The translations under genes were made by a program, and so were the position numbers. A DNA stretch of 64,000 bases from Escherichia virus TH22, in the sequence record MT446396.1; one strand, written 5' to 3'. Below, one piece after another: positions 1 through 11,175 of the stretch. Position 1 is the first letter of the stretch. Each line of letters starts with the position of its first letter. Under the pieces are notes generated by a model. It ran no database searches and had not been told where the DNA came from. It was given only the letters and a program-made list of their open reading frames with translations.

Positions 1-403
1 CACCACCCCATTGACCGTTACCGTCTCCACCTGAGTGGGTCCAACCACCGTGTCCACCACGTCCCCACATATGAACCCCGCCATGAATAGTCAAATTGAC
101 ATATTCATTAGGTGTATCGCCGTTCATAAAGAACAATGGAACGTTACGGTCGTAAGATACTATATCGCCTACAATATTGAACACAATAGGCGCGCTACCA
201 GCTTCAAAGCAGCGGTCTCGGAACCATTGACCATTAAAGTTATGGTTTGCCGTTATAGTGTGAATTACTTCAACAGACCGACCTATCATATTGCCCATCC
301 AAAACGGAGCACCCATTCTCAATCGCTGGGCGGCGCCGCCCATCCAATTTTGTCCAGTATTAACTACTGCAGACCACCCTACCCACGGTCCTTCAACTGC
401 CAT
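1..403 (-). CDS. 38: gp38 receptor-recognising adhesin (T2-type), partial; start codon in window, 3' end lies beyond window start
   Basis: Minus-strand translation from ATG at 403 reads [20 protein letters not shown]... and runs into a glycine-rich stretch ([28 protein letters not shown]), matching recalled T2/T6 gp38 N-terminus; GGAGG RBS; position downstream of gene 37. Confidence 0.7.
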   Translation of the reverse strand, partial: MAVEGPWVGWSAVVNTGQNWMGGAAQRLRMGAPFWMGNMIGRSVEVIHTITANHNFNGQWFRDRCFEAGSAPIVFNIVGDIVSYDRNVPLFFMNGDTPNEYVNLTIHGGVHMWGRGGHGGWTHSGGDGNGQWGG

Positions 404-415
404 ATAAACCTCCAA

Positions 416-429
416 GGGGCCGAAGCCCC
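416..429 (-). other. GC hairpin (GGGGC-CGAA-GCCCC) in the 37-38 intergenic region, likely 5' leader stem-loop of gene 38
   Basis: Perfect 5-bp stem with tetraloop seen in sequence; no T-run on the minus strand. Confidence 0.35.
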
Positions 430-434
430 TCTTA

Positions 435-3400
435 TTATTTTAACAATGATTTAATTAATGCTTTAAGTTCTTCAATCTCTGACTTAAGTTCTGCAATTTC
501 TGCAGTATGCTCATTGATTGCAGCTGTATTTAAACCAATTACACCGTTATAGTTTAAACGAAGTAAAGCTTCACCATCAGGGTCACCTTCAACCAATTCA
601 GGTAAAATAGATTGAACTTCTTGAGCAATTAAACCAGCGTTAGGTTCCCATTTCTGATTACCTTCTTCGTCCAGGCCACGTTTCTGCATATAAGTGTAAC
701 CGTTAATTTTAGAAAGCTTCTGAGAAGCATTTTCAAATTTAACAAGGTCTTTTTTAACACGAATATCAGAACGGACATAAACATCTCGAACATATGTAGA
801 ATAGGCATCACTTTGTTGGACTAAATGACCAAAAGAAATAATAGCTCTTCCTGTTTCAGTCCACAAAGCACCATGAGTATCCCAAAGACCTTCATGGATA
901 TGGTAAGAGCTAGACCAAGATGCAATATGTGCACCATTTGCAACCATATTGATTCGGCCGTCACCACCATGAACTAATCCTGTATCATTATCACCAATAA
1001 CAAGACACGGACCGGTCCATACAGGGTCACCACCACCAGCTGATAATCTTGCTCCAGTTTTAACCATGTTAGGAACATACATAACTCCATTGTGGTGGAA
1101 TTCATATATAGCTTGTGGGTCGGAACCGTTTTCCTGGTTACCTACACGAATAATACCTTGCGCCCACGTTCCCCAGATGCGACGCATACCAAAATCAACA
1201 CCCGATATGTATCCTTCATTAGTAATACCTGATTTTCCTTTGATAATAGGATAATAACTATCATTACCAACATTACCAAAATCTACAAATACTGGGGCTT
1301 CTTGCTTCCATTGGTTTCCCCACTCGCCAGCCTGGTGCGCAGCCCAGACAGAGCCATTAATAAAAAGCCGGTCCCTATTAAAATTAAAAGTGGCTGAACC
1401 TTGTGGGTTTAAAGCAATATCACCACCTGCATTAATATTAACACCTGAATTAGTTTGAAAACTATAAATTGATACAGCATTATCGGCACCGCCGTTACCT
1501 ACATACCAGTTATCAATACCAGCTTTTTGTCCTTTAACATAACCAGATTCGGTTGCAGCACTGTTAATAACAATAGCATCCGAGTTTGCATTAAGAGTTA
1601 AACGGCCTGTCATCGTGTCGCCACCTTTACCAACACGAGTATTCACCGCTGCGTCAAGGTTGGTAGCACCACTATACTTTTTCCAAATAGAACCTGCAAT
1701 ATTACCATCAGTATTCATGAAAGCTGTACCGGCATATAAGCGGTTCTGAGCCATGAAGTTACCTTCTTTGGTAAAGCGCCAGTATTTTAATCCTGTAGCA
1801 TCACCATCACCAAGCAAATCACCTTGAGCAACAATTCGGTATTCGCTCGTAGCGCGGTCCATACCTTGGGTAATAGTTACATTCGAATCGATATTTTTCT
1901 GCTTAGTAATAGGATAAAATGCTTGGGTTGCAGCATCGAGTGCTTGATACAACGGAGCTTTAGTCGTATTCTGGTTGGCATAAGATGCGCCGTTACTATT
2001 AGGGAATTCCAATGCACCATTACCCCTAAAAGAAACCTGGTCTGCTTCTAAGTTAGGGATTTTAACCCGACCCGTGTCTAACATAATACTTAATGGGCGT
2101 AATGGGCCTAATCCGCCACTTTCGCCGGCATTAACATTGGTTGGGATAATATGCAGCTGGTCTTCCGAATTTCGAAAAATAACACCGTACTTATCGTTCC
2201 AAATACGAAGACCACTAGCAGCGCGAACTTTAATTTCATTGGAAACATACAGATTGCGTTTTAAGGATGTATCTTGATTGACAGTCAATCCTTCAATTAC
2301 ATTCATGGTACCATTTAAATAGGATTCGACTTTACCTGCTGTAGTTCGTTGAATATAATGCATCCAGCCAGTAGCATCAGATGTTTCCATTACGTTTTTA
2401 CGAGAACCACCTACCGTATTAAAAGTGTCACCCCAAACTTTGAGCTCTATATTATCAACTGAACTACTTCCTGTTGTATTTCCTTTAAAAAGCACTGTCG
2501 AAGCATTACTGAGACCATCAATATTAACCGAACCACCACGGACTTCAACGTTACCAGGAGTAACCAACAACCCGTCATGAGTGTTAACGTTTGTTACACC
2601 TTTGCCACGAAAATAATGGTGATATTTGCCGCTTTGGTGATAACCTAAAAGAGTTTGACCGTCGCCGAAGCCGTTTTTATCATTAGTGGTATTAACAATA
2701 ACTAATGGATAGTTTTGAGCTGTAGGAAGAATTAAATCAGAACCGTTGGTTGAATAACCTGCAACTAACTGTTTAAGGCTTGTAACTTCAGTTGGAGTTG
2801 TAAGTAAAGTATAAGCTCCATTATTAATTGTATGGAACTGGCCGTCTTGTCTCCATTTCAAACCTGTGTTATTGTCACCAAGTGCGATAGCAGACGGACC
2901 TAATGTTGAGTATCCTGAGCTATCCCCAGGTAGGCCAACGGAAAGAGAATTTGATGTTTTGACATCACCATCTGCATTAAATGACCAAAGATACTTAGCT
3001 GTTCCGGCTGTAGAAATAGAATGCCATGAAATACCATTTACATTATTAAGTTCACGATACCTAATTCCATTGACAGCGTGTCTACTTATTCTAAGATAGT
3101 TAATAGCCGTTGCGCTTGAACTTGCAGGATTATTATTTGCCAATGAAGATATATCATAATCAAGAGCTGATTTATTACCAGTATCAACTGTATTAGTATA
3201 AATTACTGGAGATTTCACCGATGTTCCGCTGGAAATAGACGGAGCATAAAATAAACCGTCGCCGTTGAATGCAAAAATATTAGATGTTGAATTAGTGTAA
3301 TCTTGAACACGAACGTTCAAGATTTGCTTGGTATCCCCAGTACGGTTTTGAGAATAAATTATACCTCTTTCTCGAGCATCAGCCAAATCCTGGAATCGAA

Positions 3401-3764
3401 CATGAGTGGTTCCTGTACCTCGTACAAGAACTTCACCGTTATCTGTCATTAAACGGGCTTTTGCTGTGACATCACCGGTTGCTATTATATTACCAGTAGT
3501 AGTAAAATGTCCAGACGTTTGTGAAATAGCTCCGGCTATAGTATAGGCGCCGGTTTGGGTGTAGTTACCGTTATGAATAACGTTACCATCAATATTACCG
3601 CCTTTAGCAAAGCCAAGGTCGATGATGGCGCCGGTGTCATCTTTAGTAAAAAGTAAGCGGTCTTTCAGGTTAATAGCCAGTTCACCTTCAGCAAGAACTG
3701 TTGGCGCCGGGCGAACGCCGGCAACCTTACTTCTTTTAAATTGTATTTGTTTTAAAGTAGCCAT
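435..3764 (-). CDS. 37: long tail fiber distal subunit gp37 with C-terminal intramolecular-chaperone (S74-like) domain
   Basis: 1109 aa; N-terminus [13 protein letters not shown]... matches recalled T4 gp37; C-terminal SDIRVKKDL...[15 protein letters not shown] resembles autoproteolytic chaperone domains of tail fibers/endosialidases. Confidence 0.9.
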   Translation of the reverse strand: MATLKQIQFKRSKVAGVRPAPTVLAEGELAINLKDRLLFTKDDTGAIIDLGFAKGGNIDGNVIHNGNYTQTGAYTIAGAISQTSGHFTTTGNIIATGDVTAKARLMTDNGEVLVRGTGTTHVRFQDLADARERGIIYSQNRTGDTKQILNVRVQDYTNSTSNIFAFNGDGLFYAPSISSGTSVKSPVIYTNTVDTGNKSALDYDISSLANNNPASSSATAINYLRISRHAVNGIRYRELNNVNGISWHSISTAGTAKYLWSFNADGDVKTSNSLSVGLPGDSSGYSTLGPSAIALGDNNTGLKWRQDGQFHTINNGAYTLLTTPTEVTSLKQLVAGYSTNGSDLILPTAQNYPLVIVNTTNDKNGFGDGQTLLGYHQSGKYHHYFRGKGVTNVNTHDGLLVTPGNVEVRGGSVNIDGLSNASTVLFKGNTTGSSSVDNIELKVWGDTFNTVGGSRKNVMETSDATGWMHYIQRTTAGKVESYLNGTMNVIEGLTVNQDTSLKRNLYVSNEIKVRAASGLRIWNDKYGVIFRNSEDQLHIIPTNVNAGESGGLGPLRPLSIMLDTGRVKIPNLEADQVSFRGNGALEFPNSNGASYANQNTTKAPLYQALDAATQAFYPITKQKNIDSNVTITQGMDRATSEYRIVAQGDLLGDGDATGLKYWRFTKEGNFMAQNRLYAGTAFMNTDGNIAGSIWKKYSGATNLDAAVNTRVGKGGDTMTGRLTLNANSDAIVINSAATESGYVKGQKAGIDNWYVGNGGADNAVSIYSFQTNSGVNINAGGDIALNPQGSATFNFNRDRLFINGSVWAAHQAGEWGNQWKQEAPVFVDFGNVGNDSYYPIIKGKSGITNEGYISGVDFGMRRIWGTWAQGIIRVGNQENGSDPQAIYEFHHNGVMYVPNMVKTGARLSAGGGDPVWTGPCLVIGDNDTGLVHGGDGRINMVANGAHIASWSSSYHIHEGLWDTHGALWTETGRAIISFGHLVQQSDAYSTYVRDVYVRSDIRVKKDLVKFENASQKLSKINGYTYMQKRGLDEEGNQKWEPNAGLIAQEVQSILPELVEGDPDGEALLRLNYNGVIGLNTAAINEHTAEIAELKSEIEELKALIKSLLK

Positions 3765-3772
3765 AATGCCTC

Positions 3773-4420
3773 TTAATAATATCCAAAATCTTGTACGGAG
3801 TCTTTAAGAACGATTTGGTCAAAACGGGGCACGTGAGCCGGGTCTGATGCAGGGTTCCTAGAGAAGAAATTAGGTGCTGACAAGTTACCTGTCATTGTTT
3901 GCAATGTACTATTATTTAGTTCTACCTGTTGCTGGTTAGTTACATTACCAAGACCAACTTGAGCTTTTGACGGAGTATTTCCTGGAGAAAATACACGCCC
4001 TGTTTCATCATAAATCTGTCGAGCTAACGTATCACCCATAACAATAAGACGTTTTACTCCCGTCGTAGTGTCAGGGTCAAAAATAACGAATGGTGTTCCC
4101 GTTTCAGTCTCAAATCCAAACGGTCCTTTAATACGGAAAGATGCTGTAAATGGTGCACCGCCCGTTCTCGCTCCCAACTTAATCCCGTAACCATTTGAAT
4201 CGTTAAATGTCAGGCCTTGTTCAAAATATACGTTTGCTTTATAATTACCACCAAGAGCTTTAGAAACGAAATCGTTATCGACTGCTTGTGGCTTGTTATA
4301 TTCGGAATAAATTTTATAAGTTTTGAAATATAAGTCATTACTGACTGGTGTTAATGGGAAATTACCCTGGTGCCAGAGGACCGAACCTCCGGCTGTTGAA
4401 CCTAGTTTTAAATCTGCCAT
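3773..4420 (-). CDS. 36: long tail fiber hinge connector gp36
   Basis: 215 aa; MADLKLGSTAGGSVLWHQGNFPL... and C-terminal PRFDQIVLKDSVQDFGYY match recalled T4 gp36; synteny. Confidence 0.9.
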   Translation of the reverse strand: MADLKLGSTAGGSVLWHQGNFPLTPVSNDLYFKTYKIYSEYNKPQAVDNDFVSKALGGNYKANVYFEQGLTFNDSNGYGIKLGARTGGAPFTASFRIKGPFGFETETGTPFVIFDPDTTTGVKRLIVMGDTLARQIYDETGRVFSPGNTPSKAQVGLGNVTNQQQVELNNSTLQTMTGNLSAPNFFSRNPASDPAHVPRFDQIVLKDSVQDFGYY

Positions 4421-4455
4421 TTATAAGTCCTCTTCAACCGGCATATGATATTTTG

Positions 4456-4463
4456 TATTTATA
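4456..4463 (-). promoter_or_regulatory. late promoter (TATAAATA on minus strand) upstream of gene 36
   Basis: tatttata on plus strand = TATAAATA on coding strand, about 35 nt upstream of the gene 36 ATG. Confidence 0.55.
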
Positions 4464-4465
4464 AC

Positions 4466-4489
4466 GAAAAAAGGACTCCGAAGAGTCCT
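4466..4489 (-). terminator. hairpin plus U-run after gene 35 (minus-strand sense)
   Basis: aggactc-cgaa-gagtcct stem-loop followed on the minus strand by a T-run; same stem sequence recurs at 31087. Confidence 0.45.
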
Positions 4490-5618
4490 ATTGTTTTTCT
4501 CGTAGTTCGGCTGCGTATATCTTGCCGGCTCTCGGAGCTTGTGCATCCGGGAATGTTACAATTGTATTACCTGTATTTGTTGCATCGTTTGCATATGACA
4601 TCCTTATGCCGTTGACACCAAATTCAGCTGGTTTGAATGCCGAGTCACCTCTGGTTATCTCACCAATAACAATATTACGTATTGACCCAGTTCCAGTAGC
4701 TACAGTTCTTGATGTTACTACCGTAAAGCCATCAGCTCCTGCTGGAATCTCAACATATCTTTCGAAACTCGCCCATGCACCAGCTGGAACGTTTGCTGCA
4801 ATATCGATGTTTGTATTTGATATTGGAGCAGTGCTAGGGCTTTTAAAGAATCGAACCGAAGTCCTTACAGTCCCGGCGGCTTTCAGTGCAGTGTCAAATG
4901 ACATCTGAAACTTCAAGTAAAGCACATCCAAAGGTAAAAGGTTATAGGTGCTCATAGGAGTCACCAGGTCCTCTGTGGGGAACCTTTTGATTGTGGTTGG
5001 TGTTCCATCGCCTGTTGATGAATACGTGATCTCGTCTTCCGTTATGCGCACAGGATAGCCTGTTGCTCCTATATCACTAAAGGTATCATAAACGACTTCA
5101 AGCGGAGTCGAAACATCCTCAACTAACTTCCCGTCATTATACTTAACATGCTCCGAAACAATTACGTTCCTGCCGGTTATGTAAAAAGCCGAGTACGATG
5201 TATCAACTTTATCAATCAGCCATTTCTCGGGGAATGCTCTTGAACCGCATTTACGAAACCAGTCAATTAATGTCTGTGAAGCATTTAATTTCCCAGAAGA
5301 AATAAAAGCAATCAATCTTCCAGCTGGAACAGATTCCACAAAGGTGATTAATGCCTGACTGATTACATCATGCGTGCTAGTCAATGAATAGTTTTTCGTG
5401 TTAACAATTTTATTCGTAGTTGTATCAATTTCTAGTAGAGTCAGACCATTACCAAAAGTAGTTGGTCCGATTCGTTCATCCTGAAATTTGATATACGATT
5501 TCACCGTGGAAAGAGTACAGCTCCCTGCTATACTCATTTTAAATTTAACGGCATTATTTTCTGATATAACTGGCGTTTGGACATATCCTTGTCCAAACTC
5601 TGCCATAAATTTTTCCAT
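4488..5618 (-). CDS. 35: long tail fiber proximal connector gp35
   Basis: 376 aa; MEKFMAEFGQGYVQTP... matches recalled T4 gp35 start; synteny between 34 and 36. Confidence 0.9.
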   Translation of the reverse strand: MEKFMAEFGQGYVQTPVISENNAVKFKMSIAGSCTLSTVKSYIKFQDERIGPTTFGNGLTLLEIDTTTNKIVNTKNYSLTSTHDVISQALITFVESVPAGRLIAFISSGKLNASQTLIDWFRKCGSRAFPEKWLIDKVDTSYSAFYITGRNVIVSEHVKYNDGKLVEDVSTPLEVVYDTFSDIGATGYPVRITEDEITYSSTGDGTPTTIKRFPTEDLVTPMSTYNLLPLDVLYLKFQMSFDTALKAAGTVRTSVRFFKSPSTAPISNTNIDIAANVPAGAWASFERYVEIPAGADGFTVVTSRTVATGTGSIRNIVIGEITRGDSAFKPAEFGVNGIRMSYANDATNTGNTIVTFPDAQAPRAGKIYAAELREKQ

Positions 5619-5626
5619 ATTACCTC

Positions 5627-8600
5627 TTATTCAATCCATTCAAACTTAACGGATTTAGTGGTCGGGTCTGGGATGATGCGCACGTTACCGATACGTAACC
5701 AATCGAGAACGGTTAAGTTCCCCATCGTTGTGTTGTCGGCCGGTAATGCACCAACATCCTCTGCAGACGGAGGGTTATCCGCGGTGTAAACCATTGCGAA
5801 AGTCGTCCATGCAGATTTATTTTTCTGCCACGTACGAGTATAACGAATAGTACCACCGTTCAATCCAGTTGGATAGCAAACCCAATCTTGATAGCACGAA
5901 TCCAGCGTATTACCAAACTGAGTCAATGTACCAGGATATTTAATTTGTTTATCACGAACCGAATAGTCAAACCAGGTTCCGCGCAGTTTTTGGCCAGAGC
6001 TACCTAATACTTCATCACCGAGTGTACCATCGTCATTACGATAACGAATAGCAGGCGAGGCGAAAGTTCCATTTTCAGTTAACCAACCAGAAGCATTCCA
6101 AACTTCATCAGTTACCCCGGCAGGTTTAGTTTGAACTGTATCAATGTTTACCTGACGTTTTAACTTCATTGTCCAATAACCAGGGAACTGGCTATAAGTC
6201 GGTTCATCATTGATATCGACAGACCAGAAGCCAACAGTATCTGTAGTCGGAGCTTGTGTGATAAGACTTGGTTTCGTACCGAATACACGGACCGGAGCAT
6301 TCACACGGAGCACACCAGACATTGTATCACCGGCTTGGTTAACAAAGTTTCTATCTACAATCTCAACAGCGTTTTTCTCGGTCAGGACTTTAAATGCGCC
6401 GCCACCATTTGCTATGATATTACCAGCATCAAGAGTTTTAAGCACTAAATTCTGCGAGTTATCACCCAGAGCCAGAGTTGCACCAGAAGCTTCACCCGTT
6501 GTGGTTGCGATAGTACGACCATTTAGAACGTAATTATTTTTGGCTTGAACATCATTTCCGGCGCTAAGGTTGTTCAATACAGCAGCATTACCCGAGGCGG
6601 TGTTTAATGTCAATACGTTAGTCGTATCGCCAATAGTCATTGTCGTTCCGGTGGAAGGAGCGGTGATTTTCCACTTGTTAGTTCCGTTAACAACGTTCAC
6701 AGTTCCGAACGTCGAAGTGCCAGCCGTTACATCAGTAAACACTGCAGTGCTCGTCGATACAACCGGAGCAGATATATTTGTCTGTTTGGTAAGAGTTAAC
6801 ACACCTTCAACAGTCTGAGCAATATCACGACGAATAAACTGGGTCGAATCAAGGTTATCCAGTTTTTCAGCATTAACAGCCATCGCATTTATCGGTAAGA
6901 AGTTTTGCAATACGCGGTTTAATTCGTAAGGCGAAACTGCATAACCAGATTTTGAATAGCTAACCAGTTTACTTGGGTCCGGAGTATACACACCATTTGC
7001 ATATGTAAATCCTGCACCAGTCGTTGTAGTTGCGGCCGAAGTAGCTGTACCAGAAGATAAACGAACAAATCCACGTAGGGTTTCAGATGCTTCCCAGGTT
7101 GTTTCCGTTTGGGCAATATATTTCAGCGCCGACGGACTGATGGCCAAGACTTTTGATGTGCCTGCTGTTGCTTCTGTGTTTGTCGCGATGCGAACAATAC
7201 CTTCGGCATTTTCAGTGGCTTTTTTCGACATCAATTTAAGCGGAGTAACGATTGTTTTATCGTCAGTGCCGGTATTGACTTCACCCTGAGTCGCTAATCT
7301 TGCCGTACCACGTTGAGTCTCATTTGCTTCAAGAATATTCAGGCTATAATGGTCCCAGAGCGTCCCTGTTTCTACTAAACCACTTAATGCATTAACAGAA
7401 GTGCGAGCAGTATTATTAAATCTAGTTTTAATTTTTAATGGAGTTGAGATACGAGTATCATCGGTTCCAGTATCAAATTCTGATTGCGTAGCAATCTCGG
7501 CTATGCCGGTTAACGTTTCTGATGCTTTACGGTCATTTAACGTTTTAGGAGTCACAGCTCTGGTATAATCGGTTCCTGCATCCGTTTCTACTTGAGTTGC
7601 AATCTCGATTAAACCGATACGGGAATCAAGAGCAGTTTTGCGATGCAACATTTCTGGAGTAACGACTGCGTTTGCCCAGCCAGATTGAGAAGTACCAGCA
7701 ATTACTTCACTTTCAACCGCAAGAATAACCGCACCTTGTTGAGTGTAAGTAGCTTTGTACTGGTCAAGAGCTTTCGGAGAAACAACCAGATTAACCGTAT
7801 TTTTATTATAAACGTTTGTACCATTTAATTCACGCGAATCAGCAGGAGTTGCACCGGTTGTTGAAACGTAAGTTACAATACCAGATAGCGATTCCGAGCC
7901 CTGGCGCGCTTGCAGTTTCTTCGGAGTGATAATTGTGGTATCATCTACACCTGCATCGGTTTCTTGCTGTGTGGCGAGTTCTGCGAGCCCACGTCTCGTT
8001 TCTGTTGCCGTACGTTCATTGAGTTTTTTCGGAGAAATAATTACATCATCAACAAATGCAAAATCACTGTTCTGATTTACTTGAGCAGTCGTTGCGATTC
8101 TGGCAATACCTCGTTGGTTCTCTTTAGCAACACGGTTAGCCAAAGTCTGAGGAGTAATTGCGAGTTCTTTCTCTGGGTTATTTTCATGGTCAACGTTTGC
8201 CTGAGTCTGGTTTGCCAGAGCAATAACACCAAGACGCGCACGCGTGGAATCATTTAATGAGTCAACTCGTTCAACAGTCGGAACGTTTTGAGCAACAACC
8301 CAATAACTTGTTCCAGACACTTCATCTTCTGCATATGACAATTCAATAACTGGAGTATAACTGATGTTGCCATTAAAGGTCAATGAATCAACCATCACCC
8401 AAGTTGTATCCGGTGGATACTCGGAACGTTTAGGGAATTGCAGCAATTTAATGTCAGATGCAATCTTATCGCCAACAGCAGCTCTTATATTAACAGTCTG
8501 TGATTTACGGAGATAGTTCAATGCAATTTTAACAATGTCGCCTTGCAAAACATCCGTTGGTAAATCGATATTAATCGTTGCTGGAGTTGAGTTATCTTCG

Positions 8601-9583
8601 CCAAATACAATGATGCTTTCGTTTGGTAAAAGTTTAACGCTGTCGCGAATAACACGAAGACGAGTTTTAAAATCACCGTCCCAAACATGCCAGAGTTTTT
8701 CGGCAGCATCATAAACGAAGAAACCATCACCTGTGGTACGGAATTCCATTTGATGCTGGCCAGCTTTCCCAAGACTGGAACTGGTGTCAAAAGTTTCAAC
8801 CATTAGGTGGAACGTTGGTCCCATACCATCGATATCAACAGATTTGACAATATCACCCTGGTTTGCATACTTAGGAAGAATGAAAGTAATCGGTGCACCA
8901 GTTGTATAACGACGCATAATAAAGTCGCCAGCTTGTGCATGGAAACGACCTGTCGATGGTTCTACTCTGATGCCACGTTCTTCGTTGCCAGCTTCCCAAA
9001 ATTGCCATAAGCGGTTTGAAAAGATAAGCATGTTATAAGAGAATGGTTTGGTAATTAAAACTTCCGGATACTGATTACCGAAACGAACAATCTTTTGGTT
9101 ACCTGCCCCTGGTACGTTGCTTGACTGGATTTTAATTTCATTGTAACCGGTATTGCCGCCGATATCTTTAATAACGATGGTATCACCATCAACCGGGTTT
9201 GCAGGCAATGTAAATGTGGTAAAGCTTGCAGCTGAGTCGACTGCGATAAATTCACCCGAGCTAAGCTGACGAGTTGGAGATGCAACAGTTTCCCATTTAG
9301 GGTCAGTACGAGTTGCTAACCAATACTGAGGGGTAAATTCTCCGGCAGGAGCCGCGATATCACGTTGAGCAACCCAAATACGGTTATCGTTAATAACTAC
9401 AAAGTTCTTTTTGTATCCGCGTGTTGCATCATATTGTTGAACTGTGTTTTCTTCTATAAAGAAATCTACGTTAACGCCGTCTGATAAAACTGAGTAATCA
9501 GCTTTTGCGACATTAATGACTTTCTCACCAGCAGCATCGAGACCGGATGTTGCTCTGAATGCTGGTTTTAAAATATCGGCCAT
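5627..9583 (-). CDS. 34: long tail fiber proximal subunit gp34
   Basis: 1318 aa; extensive match to recalled T4 gp34 (MADILKPAFRATSGLDAAGEKVINVA... ending KSVKFEWIE). Confidence 0.95.
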   Translation of the reverse strand: MADILKPAFRATSGLDAAGEKVINVAKADYSVLSDGVNVDFFIEENTVQQYDATRGYKKNFVVINDNRIWVAQRDIAAPAGEFTPQYWLATRTDPKWETVASPTRQLSSGEFIAVDSAASFTTFTLPANPVDGDTIVIKDIGGNTGYNEIKIQSSNVPGAGNQKIVRFGNQYPEVLITKPFSYNMLIFSNRLWQFWEAGNEERGIRVEPSTGRFHAQAGDFIMRRYTTGAPITFILPKYANQGDIVKSVDIDGMGPTFHLMVETFDTSSSLGKAGQHQMEFRTTGDGFFVYDAAEKLWHVWDGDFKTRLRVIRDSVKLLPNESIIVFGEDNSTPATINIDLPTDVLQGDIVKIALNYLRKSQTVNIRAAVGDKIASDIKLLQFPKRSEYPPDTTWVMVDSLTFNGNISYTPVIELSYAEDEVSGTSYWVVAQNVPTVERVDSLNDSTRARLGVIALANQTQANVDHENNPEKELAITPQTLANRVAKENQRGIARIATTAQVNQNSDFAFVDDVIISPKKLNERTATETRRGLAELATQQETDAGVDDTTIITPKKLQARQGSESLSGIVTYVSTTGATPADSRELNGTNVYNKNTVNLVVSPKALDQYKATYTQQGAVILAVESEVIAGTSQSGWANAVVTPEMLHRKTALDSRIGLIEIATQVETDAGTDYTRAVTPKTLNDRKASETLTGIAEIATQSEFDTGTDDTRISTPLKIKTRFNNTARTSVNALSGLVETGTLWDHYSLNILEANETQRGTARLATQGEVNTGTDDKTIVTPLKLMSKKATENAEGIVRIATNTEATAGTSKVLAISPSALKYIAQTETTWEASETLRGFVRLSSGTATSAATTTTGAGFTYANGVYTPDPSKLVSYSKSGYAVSPYELNRVLQNFLPINAMAVNAEKLDNLDSTQFIRRDIAQTVEGVLTLTKQTNISAPVVSTSTAVFTDVTAGTSTFGTVNVVNGTNKWKITAPSTGTTMTIGDTTNVLTLNTASGNAAVLNNLSAGNDVQAKNNYVLNGRTIATTTGEASGATLALGDNSQNLVLKTLDAGNIIANGGGAFKVLTEKNAVEIVDRNFVNQAGDTMSGVLRVNAPVRVFGTKPSLITQAPTTDTVGFWSVDINDEPTYSQFPGYWTMKLKRQVNIDTVQTKPAGVTDEVWNASGWLTENGTFASPAIRYRNDDGTLGDEVLGSSGQKLRGTWFDYSVRDKQIKYPGTLTQFGNTLDSCYQDWVCYPTGLNGGTIRYTRTWQKNKSAWTTFAMVYTADNPPSAEDVGALPADNTTMGNLTVLDWLRIGNVRIIPDPTTKSVKFEWIE

Positions 9584-9613
9584 GTGCTTTATCCTTATTG
9601 ATTGGTATACGTG

Positions 9614-9621
9614 TATTTATA
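9614..9621 (-). promoter_or_regulatory. late promoter (TATAAATA) for gene 34
   Basis: tatttata on plus strand about 30 nt upstream of gene 34 start. Confidence 0.55.
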
Positions 9622-9622
9622 T

Positions 9623-9650
9623 TGCTTTAAAAATTTTATGCTAATATAAT
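9623..9650 (+). promoter_or_regulatory. possible middle promoter (MotA-box-like TGCTTTA ... TATAAT) for rnh
   Basis: ttgctttaa then tataat about 14 nt downstream; spacing slightly long. Confidence 0.35.
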
Positions 9651-9678
9651 CGAGTCAACTAATTGAACAGAGGTTCAT

Positions 9679-10623
9679 ATGAATTTAGATTTTTTACTCC
9701 CTGAAGAAGACCGCCAAAAAGATGGTTTTCAGTTACTCGATTTTAGTCAGCTCATCATGGCTGCAGCCTTCCAGGAATTCGGCAAAGACGCAGGCTTTCC
9801 GAAGGTAACAACTGCAATGACCAGGCACCTGGTTCTGAACTCTATCCGAAAAAATATCGTGCAGTTCAAGAAGCTCGGTTATAAGATTCCGATTATTTGT
9901 GTTGATAACTCGAAGAATGGCTATTGGCGGCGGACTAAATCTTATTATTATAAGAAAAACCGTGCGAAAGCTCGTGAAGAGTCCCAATTCGATTGGGAAG
10001 GTCTGCATGCTGCCATGCACATCATCATCGATGAAATGGAAAAACATATGCCTTACATCGTGATGAATATGGATAAAGTCGAGGCTGATGACCATATTGC
10101 AGTATTAACGAAGTTGCTCACTGGTCTCGGACATCCGGTTATGATTGTTTCTTCGGATGGTGACTTTACCCAGTTGCATAAATTCCCTGGGGTGAAACAA
10201 TGGTCCCCGATGCAGAAAAAATATGTCAAAACTAAATCAGGCGATGCCCTTATGGATTGCGTGACAAAGGTTGTTAAAGGTGACAAAAAAGATAACGTGT
10301 CAAGCATCAAGGTTCGTGGTGATTTTTATTACACTCACGAAGAAGGTGAACGCACTCCACCGACACGTGCAGCCGAGCTTGAACAAATTGCGCTCAACTA
10401 TTACGACCATGACGTGCTGAAAACGCTTTTAACAGAAGAGCAATATAATAGATTCTGTGAAAACCAATTGTTGATTGATATGGACTTTATCCCAACGGAA
10501 ATATCCGCTTCAATCTTAGAACGATATAATAACTACGTTATCCCAGCCAAAAGTAAAGTTTATCCTTACTTTGTTAAGTCTGGTCTGTCTAAACTAACTG
10601 CAAACATTGCTGAATTTTATTAA
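9679..10623 (+). CDS. rnh: RNase H (5'-3' exonuclease)
   Basis: 314 aa; strong match to recalled T4 RNase H (LLDFSQL..., YYYKKNRAKAREES, SSDGDFTQLHK, YFVKSGLSKLT). Confidence 0.95.
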   Translation: MNLDFLLPEEDRQKDGFQLLDFSQLIMAAAFQEFGKDAGFPKVTTAMTRHLVLNSIRKNIVQFKKLGYKIPIICVDNSKNGYWRRTKSYYYKKNRAKAREESQFDWEGLHAAMHIIIDEMEKHMPYIVMNMDKVEADDHIAVLTKLLTGLGHPVMIVSSDGDFTQLHKFPGVKQWSPMQKKYVKTKSGDALMDCVTKVVKGDKKDNVSSIKVRGDFYYTHEEGERTPPTRAAELEQIALNYYDHDVLKTLLTEEQYNRFCENQLLIDMDFIPTEISASILERYNNYVIPAKSKVYPYFVKSGLSKLTANIAEFY

Positions 10624-10631
10624 GGTATATT

Positions 10632-10901
10632 ATGAAAGAGAAAAAAGTGAAAGTTGAATTTTGTCCTGATACTCATGGTGCTGAACTGGCCAAGCTGATT
10701 AAAGCTGCTTCCGATACCAAATTAAAAATGGAAGCATATGCAGACGAAATTAAAGACCTTAAAGACAAGGCAAAAACTGAATTAGGCGTTGACGGTAAGA
10801 TGTTCAATACACAGCTCGGCCTGTATCATAAAGGCACTCGTGAACGTTTTGAAGATGAAAAAACCGAAGCTGTGGAGCTCTATGATGTCCTCTTTAGTTA
10901 A
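10632..10901 (+). CDS. dsbA: double-stranded DNA-binding protein DsbA
   Basis: 89 aa, same size and position as T4 dsbA (between rnh and 33). Confidence 0.8.
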   Translation: MKEKKVKVEFCPDTHGAELAKLIKAASDTKLKMEAYADEIKDLKDKAKTELGVDGKMFNTQLGLYHKGTRERFEDEKTEAVELYDVLFS

Positions 10902-11175
10902 TTTTGATACACAGAAAACTGAATCGCCTTCCGGGGCGATTAGTAAGCAGCAAAACGGGCTTGATATTGAAGCCATGGTTGAGTCAACTGAAATGTCTTA
11001 TCTGGAAGCTACGACTGCCTGGTTGGAAGAACGTGGAATTCCTGAAGGTAATTTTGCTCGATATATCCCTGCGGGAATCGTCGATAAGATTATGAATGAA
11101 GCATATGATGATAACCTGCTTCGCCCGAGTATGTCTCGTACACAGAAAACTAATACGCTGGACTTTTTGTTATGA
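10882..11175 (+). CDS. 33: late transcription accessory protein gp33
   Basis: Start taken at internal ATG overlapping dsbA end; C-terminus LLRPSMSRTQKTNTLDFLL matches recalled T4 gp33 C-terminus. Confidence 0.85.
   Translation: MMSSLVNFDTQKTESPSGAISKQQNGLDIEAMVESTEMSYLEATTAWLEERGIPEGNFARYIPAGIVDKIMNEAYDDNLLRPSMSRTQKTNTLDFLL

Noticed and set aside
35-454. 139-aa plus-strand ORF at the window start
   Set aside because: Antisense to the gp38 adhesin reading frame, which has an RBS and recognisable N-terminus; no RBS for the plus-strand ORF.
9733-10310. Minus-strand ORFs of 120 and 85 aa
   Set aside because: Inside and antisense to rnh; no support.
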